From: Octopus bimaculoides
Taxonomy: Eukaryota
Direction of reading: 5' to 3'
Assembly (NCBI RefSeq): GCF_001194135.2
Contig: NC_068992.1
Location: 57,557,008-57,594,695, forward strand
Length of the DNA stretch: 37,688 nucleotides
This document shows, piece by piece, positions 22,656 through 34,263 of this stretch (position 1 is the first letter of the stretch; each line of letters begins with the position of its first letter). The notes beneath the pieces are model-generated. The model was not told the DNA's origin and searched no databases. It was given only the letters and a program-made list of their open reading frames with translations. The position numbers and the translations under genes were made by a program.

Positions 22656-23165
22656 TTAGTATGTTACCATGATGTGCGAAGCTGGTGAAGGTGATGATGG
22701 CGGTGTGGATGACGGTGACGTGGGTGTGGGTGAGGAGTGGAGGTGTCGAAAAACGAGTGGAGTCGTGGTGGAAGTCGGGAGTTTGGCAGCAGCAGAAGGT
22801 ATCATGGACAATGATGTGGAGGTAACAGTAGTAGCAGCAGCAGCAGTAATAGTAGTAGTGGTGGTAGTAGTAGTAGTAGTAGTAGTAATAAATGTAGTGG
22901 TAGTGGTAGTAGTAGTAGTAGTAGCAGCAGTAGCAGCAGCAGCAGGATCAATGACAAGCAAGTCAGGGCAACAGCGGTGGCAGCGACAGCAGCTGGCATT
23001 CCCCCTTACCAAATCTGACAAGGACTCCTGTCTTGCTAGTGGTGCCTGCGGCTTATTCTTTGTCTTGTTCAAGACTTCTCCTCCTCCACCACCGCCTACT
23101 CCTCCTCCTCCTCCTCCTCCTCCTCCACTACGTACTCCATCTGCTCCTTCTCTGGAGATGCCGCC
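22656..23165 (-). CDS. probable coding exon, 5' part hidden in gap; 169-aa low-complexity segment of an unidentified protein
   Basis: Open from the gap edge to TAA (510 nt): GGISREGADGVRS-polyG-EVLNKTKNKPQAPLARQESLSDLVRGNASCCRCHRCCPDLLVIDP-polyA/T-...SPSPASHIMVTY*. GC-rich; homopolymer runs are interleaved in frame with non-repetitive stretches. Possible donor ATG|gtaaca just before the stop. Confidence 0.55.
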   Translation of the reverse strand, partial: GGISREGADGVRSGGGGGGGGGVGGGGGGEVLNKTKNKPQAPLARQESLSDLVRGNASCCRCHRCCPDLLVIDPAAAATAATTTTTTTTTTFITTTTTTTTTTTTITAAAATTVTSTSLSMIPSAAAKLPTSTTTPLVFRHLHSSPTPTSPSSTPPSSPSPASHIMVTY

Positions 23166-23877
23166 ANNNNNNNNNNNNNNNNNNNNNNNNNNNNNNNNNN
23201 NNNNNNNNNNNNNNNNNNNNNNNNNNNNNNNNNNNNNNNNNNNNNNNNNNNNNNNNNNNNNNNNNNNNNNNNNNNNNNNNNNNNNNNNNNNNNNNNNNNN
23301 NNNNNNNNNNNNNNNNNNNNNNNNNNNNNNNNNNNNNNNNNNNNNNNNNNNNNNNNNNNNNNNNNNNNNNNNNNNNNNNNNNNNNNNNNNNNNNNNNNNN
23401 NNNNNNNNNNNNNNNNNNNNNNNNNNNNNNNNNNNNNNNNNNNNNNNNNNNNNNNNNNNNNNNNNNNNNNNNNNNNNNNNNNNNNNNNNNNNNNNNNNNN
23501 NNNNNNNNNNNNNNNNNNNNNNNNNNNNNNNNNNNNNNNNNNNNNNNNNNNNNNNNNNNNNNNNNNNNNNNNNNNNNNNNNNNNNNNNNNNNNNNNNNNN
23601 NNNNNNNNNNNNNNNNNNNNNNNNNNNNNNNNNNNNNNNNNNNNNNNNNNNNNNNNNNNNNNNNNNNNNNNNNNNNNNNNNNNNNNNNNNNNNNNNNNNN
23701 NNNNNNNNNNNNNNNNNNNNNNNNNNNNNNNNNNNNNNNNNNNNNNNNNNNNNNNNNNNNNNNNNNNNNNNNNNNNNNNNNNNNNNNNNNNNNNNNNNNN
23801 NNNNNNNNNNNNNNNNNNNNNNNNNNNNNNNNNNNNNNNNNNNNNNNNNNNNNNNNNNNNNNNNNNNNNNNNNNNNN

Positions 23878-24230
23878 CTTCCTATAAGTTTAGCAGTCGT
23901 TCCTACAATTTTTGTTCTTTTATTATTAACTTATCAGTCATTCCCACAACTTTTGTTACCTTCTTATAAGTTTAGCAGTCATTCCCACAACTTTTGTTCT
24001 CTTATAATGGACTTAGCATTCATTTCCACAACTTTTGTTCCCTTCTTGTAAGTTTATCAGTCATTCCCACAACTTTTGCTACCTTCTTATAAGTTTAGCA
24101 GTCATTCCCACAACTTTTGTTCTCTTATAATGAACTTAACATTCATTCCCACAACTTTTGTTCCCTTCTTGTAAGTTTATCAGTCATTCCCACAACTTTT
24201 TCCTTCCTTCAGCAACATTAGCAGTCATCC
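23878..24230. repeat. 41-bp minisatellite with 123-bp higher-order (ABC) structure
   Basis: Monomers share cattcccacaacttttgtt; variants A (accttcttataagtttagcagt), B (ctcttataatggacttagcatt) and C (cccttcttgtaagtttatcagt) recur as ABCABC. Confidence 0.92.
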
Positions 24231-24634
24231 TTCAATTTCTGAGATGGATTTGAGCAGAAACAGATTAAATACAATTTCTAAAAGAATAATTTAAGTTTTA
24301 CATTTTACATTTTAAATAAACAGTCATTTATGCTAGATTTTGATTATTAATTCAGAATATTTTAGTTTAAAAAAAAAATTTTTTTTTAAAAACAATAGTT
24401 AGCAAGAACATGTGTGAAACAAGAACAAAACAAAAATCTGGTTAAAGAAAAGTAGAGCAATATTATATTTTTAGAGAAGGAGAAGAAAACATTTAAGTAA
24501 CAGCATATTATGGATTAAACATGGATGAACAGATGGATAAATGGAGGGAGAGAGGGAGGGATGGAGTTTATCCACCAAACTGCGTTACACTATGATATAG
24601 TTTTACTGTGTTTTCCTGTTATCAAATATCGATG

Positions 24635-24970
24635 GTAAAAGGATAAAGACCCTTTTTGGTCTTGAATGATCATGGGATTACACCTAGAAAGTTCCCCTCC
24701 AAGTCTGGACAAGGTTCTTTATGGATGACGAGAGGTCACCCATGGATACCAGCCTCCCCTCTTCACGCCACTGACGTTATCCAAGGGAAAAGCAAAGGCC
24801 GATACAGCTTGGCACCAGTGACCAGCAACGCATTTCTACAGATGAGTGAACTGGAGTAACGCGAAATATAGTGTCTTGCTCAAGAAAACAACACACAGCC
24901 CAGTCAAGAAATCGAACTCACTACCTCATGACTGTGAGCTTGACGTTCTAACCACTGAGCCATGTGCCTT
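24635..24970 (-). mobile_element. tRNA/CORE-like SINE with family 6-type head and a distinct tail
   Basis: Reverse complement of aaccactgagccatgtgcc (A-box), aatcgaactc (B-box) and gtgtcttgctcaagaa (CORE-like); the tail aaagaccc...catgggattacacctagaaag differs from 30703. Confidence 0.8.
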
Positions 24971-25029
24971 TATTATCAATGTATAACACCCATATAACAC
25001 ATTTGTCTCAAGAAATCCCCATTTCCCAA

Positions 25030-25199
25030 TTCTTGATGCCCTTCTTAGCACTAACCCTAACCTGCTTCCAAGTAAGGTAATATTTCCACATGACCAGATG
25101 CGTTTTCAGGGAAGCTAGGAAACAAAGGAGATTGCTTGCACGATGGTGACACTTGTTTATAACTATCATGTGATGTCATGGCAAGAAGATAGTAATGTC

Positions 25200-25269
<70 letters not shown>

Positions 25270-25428
25270 ATGGGCTTCTTTCAGTTTCCAACTACCAAAG
25301 CCAATTACAAGTCTTTGGTCAGCCCAGACCTATAGTAGAAGATATTTGCCCAAGATTCCACTCAGTAGAACTGAACCTAAGACCAAGTGGTTGGGAAGCA
25401 AGCTTCTTACCACACAGCCATGCCTGTA
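25030..25428 (-). mobile_element. family 1b SINE (extreme 3' end missing)
   Basis: gatgcccttc...aaggtaatatttcc..., (CA)n, gatatttgcccaag..., ttaccacacagcca. Confidence 0.75.
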
Positions 25429-25720
25429 CCAAAATCAGTGTAGGTAATGTAAAGAAATGTAGAGATTCATGGTTATGATTAGTTGAAAGAAGTAAATTGA
25501 ACCAAACCTGTGTTAGCATGTTAAACAACTCATGCTAATAACATTTTCAAATATTAAGATGATATCAAATGAGAGAGAGAGAAAGAAGGAGGGGAAAAAA
25601 AACACAACCAAGCTTTGCTCAAATTTAATTGCAAAGTCATTTTGGGTTAATGAAAGACATGACTTCATATTCTATAAAGTTAGTCAACAAATAATGCCAT
25701 TACTTCATTATGTGTGTGTG

Positions 25721-25766
<46 letters not shown>

Positions 25767-25851
25767 AGAGAGAGAGAGAGAGAGAGATAGTGTGTGTGGT
25801 GTATTAAGTTCTGTTTCTCCTGCTTGTGCCAGCAAACTTGTGTGTATGTAT

Positions 25852-26240
25852 GTATACTCTTTTACTTGTTTCAGTCATTTGACTGTAGCCATGCTGGAGC
25901 ACCACCTTTAGTCGAGCAAATCGACCCCAGGACTTATTCTTTGGAAGCCTAGTACTTATTCTATCGGTCTCTTTTTGCCGAACCGCTAAGCTACGGCGAC
26001 GTAAACACACCACCATCTGTTGTCAAGCGATGTTGGGGGGTCAGACACAGACACACATACATATATATACACATATATACGACAGGCTTCTTTTCAGTTT
26101 CCGTCTACCAAATTCACTCACAAAGCTTTGGTCGGCCTGAGGCTATAGAAGAAGACACTTGCCCAAGGTGCCACGCAGTGGGAAAGAACCAGGAACCATG
26201 TGGTTGGTAAGCAAGCTACTTACCACACAGACACTCCTGC
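25852..26240 (-). mobile_element. full-length family 1a SINE
   Basis: Reverse complement of 12035-12454 along its whole length. Confidence 0.9.
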
Positions 26241-26260
26241 ACCTATAAAAAGTGTAGGAC

Positions 26261-26359
26261 GCTTACAGCACCAAGGTTTCCCAAGCGGTCACCCATCTAA
26301 GTACTCACCAGGCTCGACGTTGCTGAACTTCGGTGATCGGACGAGAACCGGTGCTCTCA
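26261..26359 (-). pseudogene. 5S rRNA pseudogene, 5'-truncated by roughly 18 nt
   Basis: Minus strand reads gcaccggttctcgtccgatcaccgaagttcagcaacgtcgagcctggtgagtacttagatgggtgaccgcttgggaaaccttggtgctgtaagc, i.e. metazoan 5S with several substitutions, including in Box A and Box C; a T5 run follows 9 nt later. Confidence 0.9.
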
Positions 26360-26760
26360 GACTGATTTATAACTATCTATCTATCCTGACAGTCAAGAAA
26401 ACAGATACACATATGCAGGAACACATGAACACTTTCTTACACATGTGCCCATGCACACACACACACACACAGATCTCCTGCAGTTTCTAGTGACCAAACT
26501 CCACTCACAAAGCACTGCTCAACCTCAGTAGAAGACACTTGGCTAAGGCACTGATTAGCTACTGATGATGTGAAAGGAAGCAGAAATCTAGATTTAGCAA
26601 TTCTACTGCAGCTGTTGGACACTTTCCATCCCCTACTGAATATCTCTGTGCTTGAGATGAATAACAGCAGTTTTGTAGCTTTCTACAGCATACCTACCTA
26701 CAATAAGTAGGATATACAGAATGCTATTTTGAACTAATACTGCTTTTGCTGCTAATAACG

Positions 26761-26793
<33 letters not shown>

Positions 26794-27365
26794 TGCTTTT
26801 ATGCAATTTTTGTTTTCAAGTCCCTTACCTTAAGTCCAGTAGAATAGTTTGCTTTCATTTTGGTAAGTGGGGTGCAGTTAAAAGTAAATACCCAACATTT
26901 AACGGAAAGAAGATGGTAAGAAGTTCAAATTCAGTTAAAGCATAAACGCTAAATTATTCCTTCTACACCACATCCTTACCCATTCAATCCAAAACACCAA
27001 AAGATAAAGAGAATAAAGTCCCCTAAAAAGTTTACGCTTGTGGATGGAAAGCAGTAATAACAGGGGGTGAAATGAAATGAAATGAAATGAAATGTGAATG
27101 ATATGAACAATAACAGAAACCAAAAGAAGGAGAAAAAAAAGAAGAAAAAAAATAACTATAATAATGACAAGAAATGTCAGATATTATGACCTATGAATGT
27201 TGGTCAAAGATGGGACCTGAGCATCTAGTAGAGTGAAATAACCATCTGAAATAGATGGTCATTTCATTCTTATGAAACAAAACATCTCAAGTTTAAAAGA
27301 ACTTCACCAAGGAAACCAATTCATAGTAAATAGTGGGGTTGTGTTAACCACACGTGGAGAAATAA

Positions 27366-28148
27366 TAGGAAAATGAAGAATAAGGCAGAATGCTAAACTG
27401 GTAGCATATTTTAATAAAGATTTCTAACCGGCTTTCATTGCGAAGCAAATTTTCAAGAAGGAGAATGAAAATGGGTTTTACAAAGAAGTACAAAATGAAG
27501 AAAATAATATATAAAAAAAATAATATATAAAAAAATAACTCAGTTCTATATTTAAGAGATGAGGAAAGTTTGTGTTAAGCAGGAAGTGTGGTGTCAAAAC
27601 AGGAAGTGTGTGTAAGGGGAGACAAATGTTTTTAGTTGGAGTTATGAAATCTTTTTNNNNNNNNNNNNNNNNNNNNNNNNNNNNNNNNNNNNNNNNNNNN
27701 NNNNNNNNNNNNNNNNNNNNNNNNNNNNNNNNNNNNNNNNNNNNNNNNNNNNNNNNNNNNNNNNNNNNNNNNNNNNNNNNNNNNNNNNNNNNNNNNNNNN
27801 NNNNNNNNNNNNNNNNNNNNNNNNNNNNNNNNNNNNNNNNNNNNNNNNNNNNNNNNNNNNNNNNNNNNNNNNNNNNNNNNNNNNNNNNNNNNNNNNNNNN
27901 NNNNNNNNNNNNNNNNNNNNNNNNNNNNNNNNNNNNNNNNNNNNNNNNNNNNNNNNNNNNNNNNNNNNNNNNNNNNNNNNNNNNNNNNNNNNNNNNNNNN
28001 NNNNNNNNNTATTTTCTTCATTTTGTACTTCTTTGTAAAAAAACATTTTCATTCTCCTTCTTGAAAATTTGCTTCGCAATGAAAGCCGGTTAGAAATCTT
28101 TATTAAAATATGCTTCCAGTTTAGCATTCTGCCTTATTCTTCATTTTC

Positions 28149-28151
<3 letters not shown>
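27366..28151. repeat. ~140-bp inverted duplication (27366-27505 / 28011-28151) flanking an N gap
   Basis: Arms differ at only about 3 positions; the right arm starts exactly at the gap edge. Confidence 0.9.
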
Positions 28152-28181
<30 letters not shown>

Positions 28182-28631
28182 GAGAGAGAGAGAGAGAGAT
28201 GTAGACAGACAAAGAGTGCAGCTCTCCAGTCCAAACTACTTACATCACAGTCATGGAGTGAAGATTCAGATTTCCGTTGGAAAGCTTGAGCCATTTCTTG
28301 CACCCTTTTAAAAGGAAGAAGATAATAATATTATTAATAATAATAATAATAATAATAATAATGGTTTCAAATTTTGGTACAAGGCCAGCAATTTTTGGGG
28401 GAAGGGAGCTAGTCAATTACATCGACTAGAGAAAGATAAATGTTGAGGTAAGAACTTAATTAGGAAACAGATACAGTTTTCTCAGACTCAAAGTGCAAAT
28501 CATATTTACTTACTCCACTGGTAATCAGATTTAAACAGGAACATGGCAAAGAACTTACCAACATGCTCTAGATCTGGTGTCTGGCAATGTTGGTCATTCC
28601 ACGCAAGTTTACAGAGTATGGAATGAGAGTT

Positions 28632-29234
28632 TACCATATTTGATGGCTTATAAGACAACACACCCTTTTTGATACCCCATAAATGCTTCATAAAAATCAT
28701 CATGGGTCCCTCCTACATGTGAAAAAGGACCTGCGTTATGTGCTAAATCAAACACTTGTCTGATGTGGCTGAAAAGAGCTCAATGGGGATATGGGCAAAG
28801 AGAAGTGACCAATGGACCTAGTTATGGATTTCATTGGTTATTTGCAGGAAATAGAAGGAAGAAGAGAACGGGTTCCTTTGTAGGTCCGAGTGGTCTAGTG
28901 AGCCGAAACACAGACCTGGGAACACAAGTTCGTAACAAAAACAACCCAAGTTCAAATCCCACTGGAGACAGGATTTTGGAAAGCAGCAGGAAAACACCTA
29001 GGAGTCATGACCTATGTGGGCCCAGCTCCCATAGAGTGTCAGGTATAAGGGCCGAAACACTTGTCGGATGGGAGTTCTTCCTCTGAAGAACACTCCTGCC
29101 ATGTGCTCACCTTACAGTGAGTTTCTGTTGTTTTGTGCTTCGAAGCACCAAAAGCATTTTCTTCCTGATTATGTGCTATTGAAATTGAATGTATCTAATA
29201 AGTCCATGCATCATTTATGCCATCGAATATGGTA
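28632..29234. mobile_element. non-autonomous Tc1/mariner (pogo/Tc2-like) DNA transposon
   Basis: TA|ccatatttgatggcttataagac ... atgccatcgaatatgg|TA: 14-bp TIR core with 1 mismatch and TA TSD; resembles TACCGTATTT..CGGCGTATAAGAC-type ends. Confidence 0.65.
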
Positions 29235-29529
29235 AATATCTCTACAGAGACAGAGAGGAAGTATAAGCATTCTCCAGCAACTTCCAATGCTGAAAGAAAT
29301 GTTTTATTTTATGTTTTGTCTTTTTTTAGGGGGGTTTTATTTGATATTAAAAATTTTTTTTTTTTGTTTTAAACTATTGTTATAGAGATGCTACAGCATT
29401 ATCTACCACAATAGCTTAAGTAGGATTACTGGAAGAATTCAGCACAGTGGCATTCCAGATTATTTCAGAGGTATACGGTGAAAGAAAAGACATTGTTTAA
29501 AGCATGTAAAGTATTAAGTATACAGATAC

Positions 29530-29530
<1 letters not shown>

Positions 29531-29596
<66 letters not shown>
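29531..29596. repeat. (AAT)n microsatellite
   Basis: About 22 perfect units. Confidence 0.95.
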
Positions 29597-29603
<7 letters not shown>

Positions 29604-30702
29604 GAAGAAGTAGAAGAAGAAGAATGCAAATCATAATGATATTACTAATCGCTACAATTCACAAAGTACCAGAAACAAAAAACTAAGCGAAATACATGAG
29701 AAAATCATCACCAAATTAAATAATAATTAGCGATAATAAAAAATATAATTAATTAACATGCATTGTAAATGAAGTGGTGGTGTCAGTGGAATAGGAATAT
29801 CCGATGAAATATTAAAGATAACATCACATAACTGGTAAGTTTACATACATGGCCAACTGAAAAGGCACCGAGCACAAGGAAATATTTGGAAGATCAAAGT
29901 GAAATAGAACAAGCTAAAATGTAGCCAACAGTGTAGGAGAAGAGAAGTGTTTGCATGAGCCATGTTAGGATGCTACATGAAAACCAATGAGAATGAGGGA
30001 GAGAGAAGACAGAGAGAGGGGGGAGAGGGAGAGATAGAAAGGGAAGGAGGGAAAGAGGTAGAGAGAGGGGAGGGGGACAAAGGGGAGGGAGAGACAGAGT
30101 CCTAAGTAAGAGTTTGAGGTTTTTTGCTGAAAGATCATGATAAGAAGAAAAGAAATTTGGTCAGAAAATTCTCTAAGAGCACCAAAGAAACAGTTTCAGT
30201 CAGATCAAGAATGGTATGGAAGCAAGGCAACAGCAGAAAGGTACAGATCTATCATTTGCCATTCTAGTTGAAGCTGAAAGAAACACAGAGAGACAGAGAG
30301 AGACAGACAGACAGACAGACCGACAAAGTTGATCAGAAAACATAAAATGCAATATTGAATGATGTAAAAAAAAAAAAGAGGAATTATAAAAAGAAAATTC
30401 TTTATACAACAAACAATGACTTGTATATTTATTATTAAACATTCTGGCAAATTTGAACATGGATGTGTTAATCATTTTTGTGTTCATTCACAGGAGAAAA
30501 GCTTCACCTTTAAGATAAATATATATTCATAACAAAATTGATTGTGTTATGAACATTTAAGGTGTTCCCTGGTGATCAAACTAAACAGCAATTAATGTAC
30601 CCATGTTCAAACCTAAATCTGCAAGTCATCATTTTGATTTTCATTGTTCATTGTGTAATATGATAATTCCATTATTCTTTTTATAAGTTAAATAAAAGAG
30701 AT

Positions 30703-30950
30703 GTGGAGACATGTGGCTAAGTGGCTAGGATGTGGCATTCATGATTGTAAGATTGTGGTTTCGATTCCTGGACCGGACGGCGCGTTGTGTTCTTGAGCAA
30801 AACACTTCATTTCACATTGCTCCAGTCCACTCAGAAGGTAAAAATGAGTAAATCCTGCAACACAGACTGGTATCCCATCCAGTAGGGGAATAAATATGCC
30901 ACAGAATCCTGGAAATTCTCTGCATGAGCCTATGGCTTAGAAAGGACTTT
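30703..30950 (+). mobile_element. tRNA/CORE-like SINE (family 6)
   Basis: A-box tggctaagtgg, B-box ggtttcgattcc, gttcttgagcaaaacacttcatttcacattgctccagtccactcag. Confidence 0.85.
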
Positions 30951-31029
30951 TGATCCCTATTTTGCTTTTCCTTATTTTGAGACAATAGAGGAGGGACAGT
31001 GCCTGTGATCTAGGGAGGTTTTTATCCCC

Positions 31030-31170
31030 ATACTGGGGCAAATTGATGTGGGTGATGTCCAGTTGGAACATTTGGAGACCAACACCTGCAAACAAGAAAT
31101 AGAAGCAAAGAGGGAATTCCAGGGGACAGCCAGTTGTGGGGAGGAAGGACTGGGTGAATTGTTTCATTAA
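31030..31170 (-). mobile_element. decayed CR1-like LINE 3' end fragment
   Basis: Minus strand gives KQFTQSFLPTT and, after a frameshift, WNSL, resembling the SFFPRT..LWNSLP motif at the end of CR1/L2-group ORF2; loosely similar to part of 36800-37150. Confidence 0.45.
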
Positions 31171-31196
31171 GTGGGCGTCAAAAACAAGTTAATTAA

Positions 31197-31417
31197 CCCT
31201 TTTGTAGCATATTTCTGTTGAAATGCACTGTCTTTGTTTCAATTAATTTTGAAATTAATGAACAATTTAATAAACCAGCTTTGTCATTATTATACTAGCA
31301 CTGAAACTTAAACTACCATGAAATTTCAATAGAGAGTTTTAACTCAGATGGCTTTAAATCAGGGAGTTTATCTAACAGAATCAAGGACTCATTTCAGGCA
31401 GGTTGGTACCAAACGGG
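31197..31417 (+). mobile_element. piggyBac-like MITE family B, intact
   Basis: TTAA|CCCTTTTG ... CAAACGGG|CTGA; homologous to the split copy at 4642-5520. Confidence 0.75.
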
Positions 31418-31694
31418 CTGATATGCTTTCATTTAATGAAGAAATTTCTTTGCTTGCTTGTTGCCTAATTAGGTATTTGCACTGGAAGATGAATTCATAA
31501 TAACTAATGTCTTTAAATTTTACGTTCATTTTTAGTTTCATAGTAGTTATAGCCAGCCAAGTGGCTAGGTTCATGATGGGTTGCAGCTGTAAACCAACAC
31601 ACCTCAAAAACAACACAAGCATGTGGCCAATTGTTACTCAACGGAAACTTTAGCAATGTTATACTTTCATATACTTAATTAACTAAGCAATTAA

Positions 31695-31893
31695 CTCTCT
31701 AGCATTTAAACCAATCATATCTGGCTTAAATATTCTCCCTGTCTTATGCTCAAGCAGACCAGGTACAGCTTCTCACTCATAACCTACAATGACATCATCG
31801 AAATCTCAAAGCTACAAGATAATGCATGATTAATTGAAAACAATGTGATTAGATAAACATAGCATTTGATAGAGTAATTTGATTGCTAAAGGG
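31695..31893 (-). mobile_element. piggyBac-like MITE family A
   Basis: TTAA|ctctctagcatt ... ttgctaaaggg|TTAG; interior is the reverse complement of 613-833. Confidence 0.75.
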
Positions 31894-32394
31894 TTAGATC
31901 TGATAATCTTTACTAGATGGATCATATTTAACATTGTGTAATTATCTCAATATTGTATTTAATAATTAAAATGTTTGCAAAGGAAATTAATTTAGTAAAT
32001 TTAATGAAATCAAATTTATGATCTGAAGGTAAAAAGAAATCAAAAATGAAAATGAAAAAGAGATATATTTAATAATTATTTTACCAAAACACTACAACCA
32101 TTTTTAGCTGAATATAGTTTTTAAAGAACTAATTTAGTTTCAAATTTTATTATTAATAGAATCAAATATAAATGTTATGTTTTGTATAATAATATATTAC
32201 AGTAAGCTAATAATTCTTTACTACTCAAAACAGAAATTCTAAGATTATTATATTCTATAAAGACATCAGGAGGTGTATTGCTTTTAGCATTATTTTCTCT
32301 CAGTGATTTATTTCTGATTTATTTGGTGTTGTGCAAAAGTAGATGGTTTCATAATGTAACACATTTGATGATGCATAACTAGCCTGATGAGTAG

Positions 32395-32935
32395 CTGATA
32401 GTTTGACAACAGTTTGTCGGATAGGGGACAGGTAGCTTGACAATGGATGAATAGTATGAGAATGAACAGGTGATTTGACAAAGAACAAATAGACTGGTAA
32501 CAGAGAGATAGTTTGGCAACAAACAGCTTGACAGTGGACAGTTAGTTTAACGACAGTTTAACAATGGGCATATAATCTGACGAGAGACGGACACTATGGC
32601 AATGGACAGATGATTTGACAACAGACATAAATTGACAATGGATATATAATTTGACTAGAGACAGACAAATTGACAAAAAATAAGTATTTTTGACAACAGA
32701 TAGGTAGTCTGACAACAGAAAATTTAGTAACAGACAAGTGACACTGGCCATATAATTTGACATGACAAATAATTTAATAATAAATAGCCAGACACTGAAG
32801 AATTGAACAAGGGACAGATAATTTGATAGCATGCAGAATATTTTGACAATGGACAAACATTTTAAGAATAAACATGTATTTAGAGAATAGACAGATAGTT
32901 TGACGATGGGTAGTTAGTTTGATAAGATAGTCTAA
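32395..32935. repeat. degenerate ~19-bp minisatellite (core gatagtttgacaa)
   Basis: tttgacaa/ttgacaatggac-like motifs recur at roughly 18-20 bp spacing. Confidence 0.75.
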
Positions 32936-33686
32936 AATCTTTAGTTCAACAGTGCACTCATTAAAGCCACACAGCAATGTATATGCACAAACATTTTAGA
33001 TGAAATTAAAGTTTTGTGGAACTATCAGAGTTAGTTGGTCTTTAAGCAGGAACTACCTTTGTGTAAGTTATTCAGAAAGCTAAAATCTAACGTAAATAGC
33101 AAATTCTAAAAGGGAGTAGGAAAAGAAGAAACAGTTCTAAAGATGTTATGAATGGAAATATAAAGAAGAAATACAAGGAAGTTTCTGAAATCTTCAGAAT
33201 GCATTTGATAAAGCAAGAATGAAACTAAGGTTAAGTGAAAAATCCAAAACACTCACGACAAGCATAAATAGAAAACTACACAGGCATTTATTATTGAAAG
33301 AAAGTTAAGAAAGAAAAAAACAGAGGGAATAGTACCAGTATTATTATTATTGAAAAAGAAATTATTAGTCAATAAAACTGTGCATCAGGCAACAAGGTTG
33401 TGGTAATATGAAAGAGCGTTTATATTTTGTTTTGAGGTAAAAACATGAGACAACTTTTATTCGTTATTTCTTTGTAAAAGAAAGAAATTTCTCAAAGTTA
33501 GTTCTAGCTTCTCCAATAATTCTATAAATTACATTTTTTCCCCCCTCTCCAGAAACATCGTCATTATCACAATCAGTGAAAGATATAAAATATTTTTTTT
33601 AAAAACTGGTATACAATAAAATATAATATATTTTATTGGATAAGGCGTACATGAATTGAATCTAGCTATATATATATATGTATGTG

Positions 33687-33720
<34 letters not shown>

Positions 33721-33751
33721 GACATACATACATATATACACATGTATATAC

Positions 33752-33783
<32 letters not shown>

Positions 33784-34028
33784 GTATGTGCGTGTGTGTA
33801 TTCTGTTATATCTAAGCAGAGAATGGACAATGGACATAGTTGTCTTTGTCTTCCCAAAGAGTTTATATACCCAAAAGTAATTTGCGATATGCCATATATC
33901 ACAATTTATAAAAAGCTAGCAATATCATGAAATCTGATAGGCAAATTCAAGAAAAACCTGTGCCTTTTGCAGCATGCAAAGATGTTTTTTTTTTTGTTTT
34001 TTTTTTCAAATCAGCACAAAAGCAGAAA

Positions 34029-34029
<1 letters not shown>

Positions 34030-34096
<67 letters not shown>
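34030..34096. repeat. (AAT)n microsatellite
   Basis: About 22 perfect units. Confidence 0.95.
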
Positions 34097-34098
<2 letters not shown>

Positions 34099-34263
34099 AA
34101 TTGTATTAAAGTTTTTGATTAAAAAAAAAAAAACAATTTAGAAACTACACTACAAAGGAAATCTTGATCCAAAACAATCAATTCAAACAAAGCAGAATCT
34201 AAATGTAAGGAAAGGAAAAAAAATCTGATGGTGGGGAAGAAGACAAAAAAGGAAAAATCTTAC

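Noticed and set aside
22669-24051. 460-aa plus-strand ORF
   Set aside because: More than half is N. The rest is the antisense reading of triplet repeats (poly-V/P) and the 41-bp satellite; the minus-strand frame is more protein-like.
23878-24230. CRISPR-like repeat-spacer array
   Set aside because: Apparent spacers are homologous variants that repeat ABCABC; eukaryotic context and no cas genes.
28650-28768. Peptide HIRQVFDLAHNAGPFSHV resembling an HD-domain motif
   Set aside because: Short, bounded by stops, lacks the HD dyad, and sits inside a MITE.
29011-29095. Active hammerhead ribozyme (GAAACACTTGTC ... CTGAAGA)
   Set aside because: Stem III and GUC fit, but no arrangement gives a complete CUGANGA with paired stems I and II.
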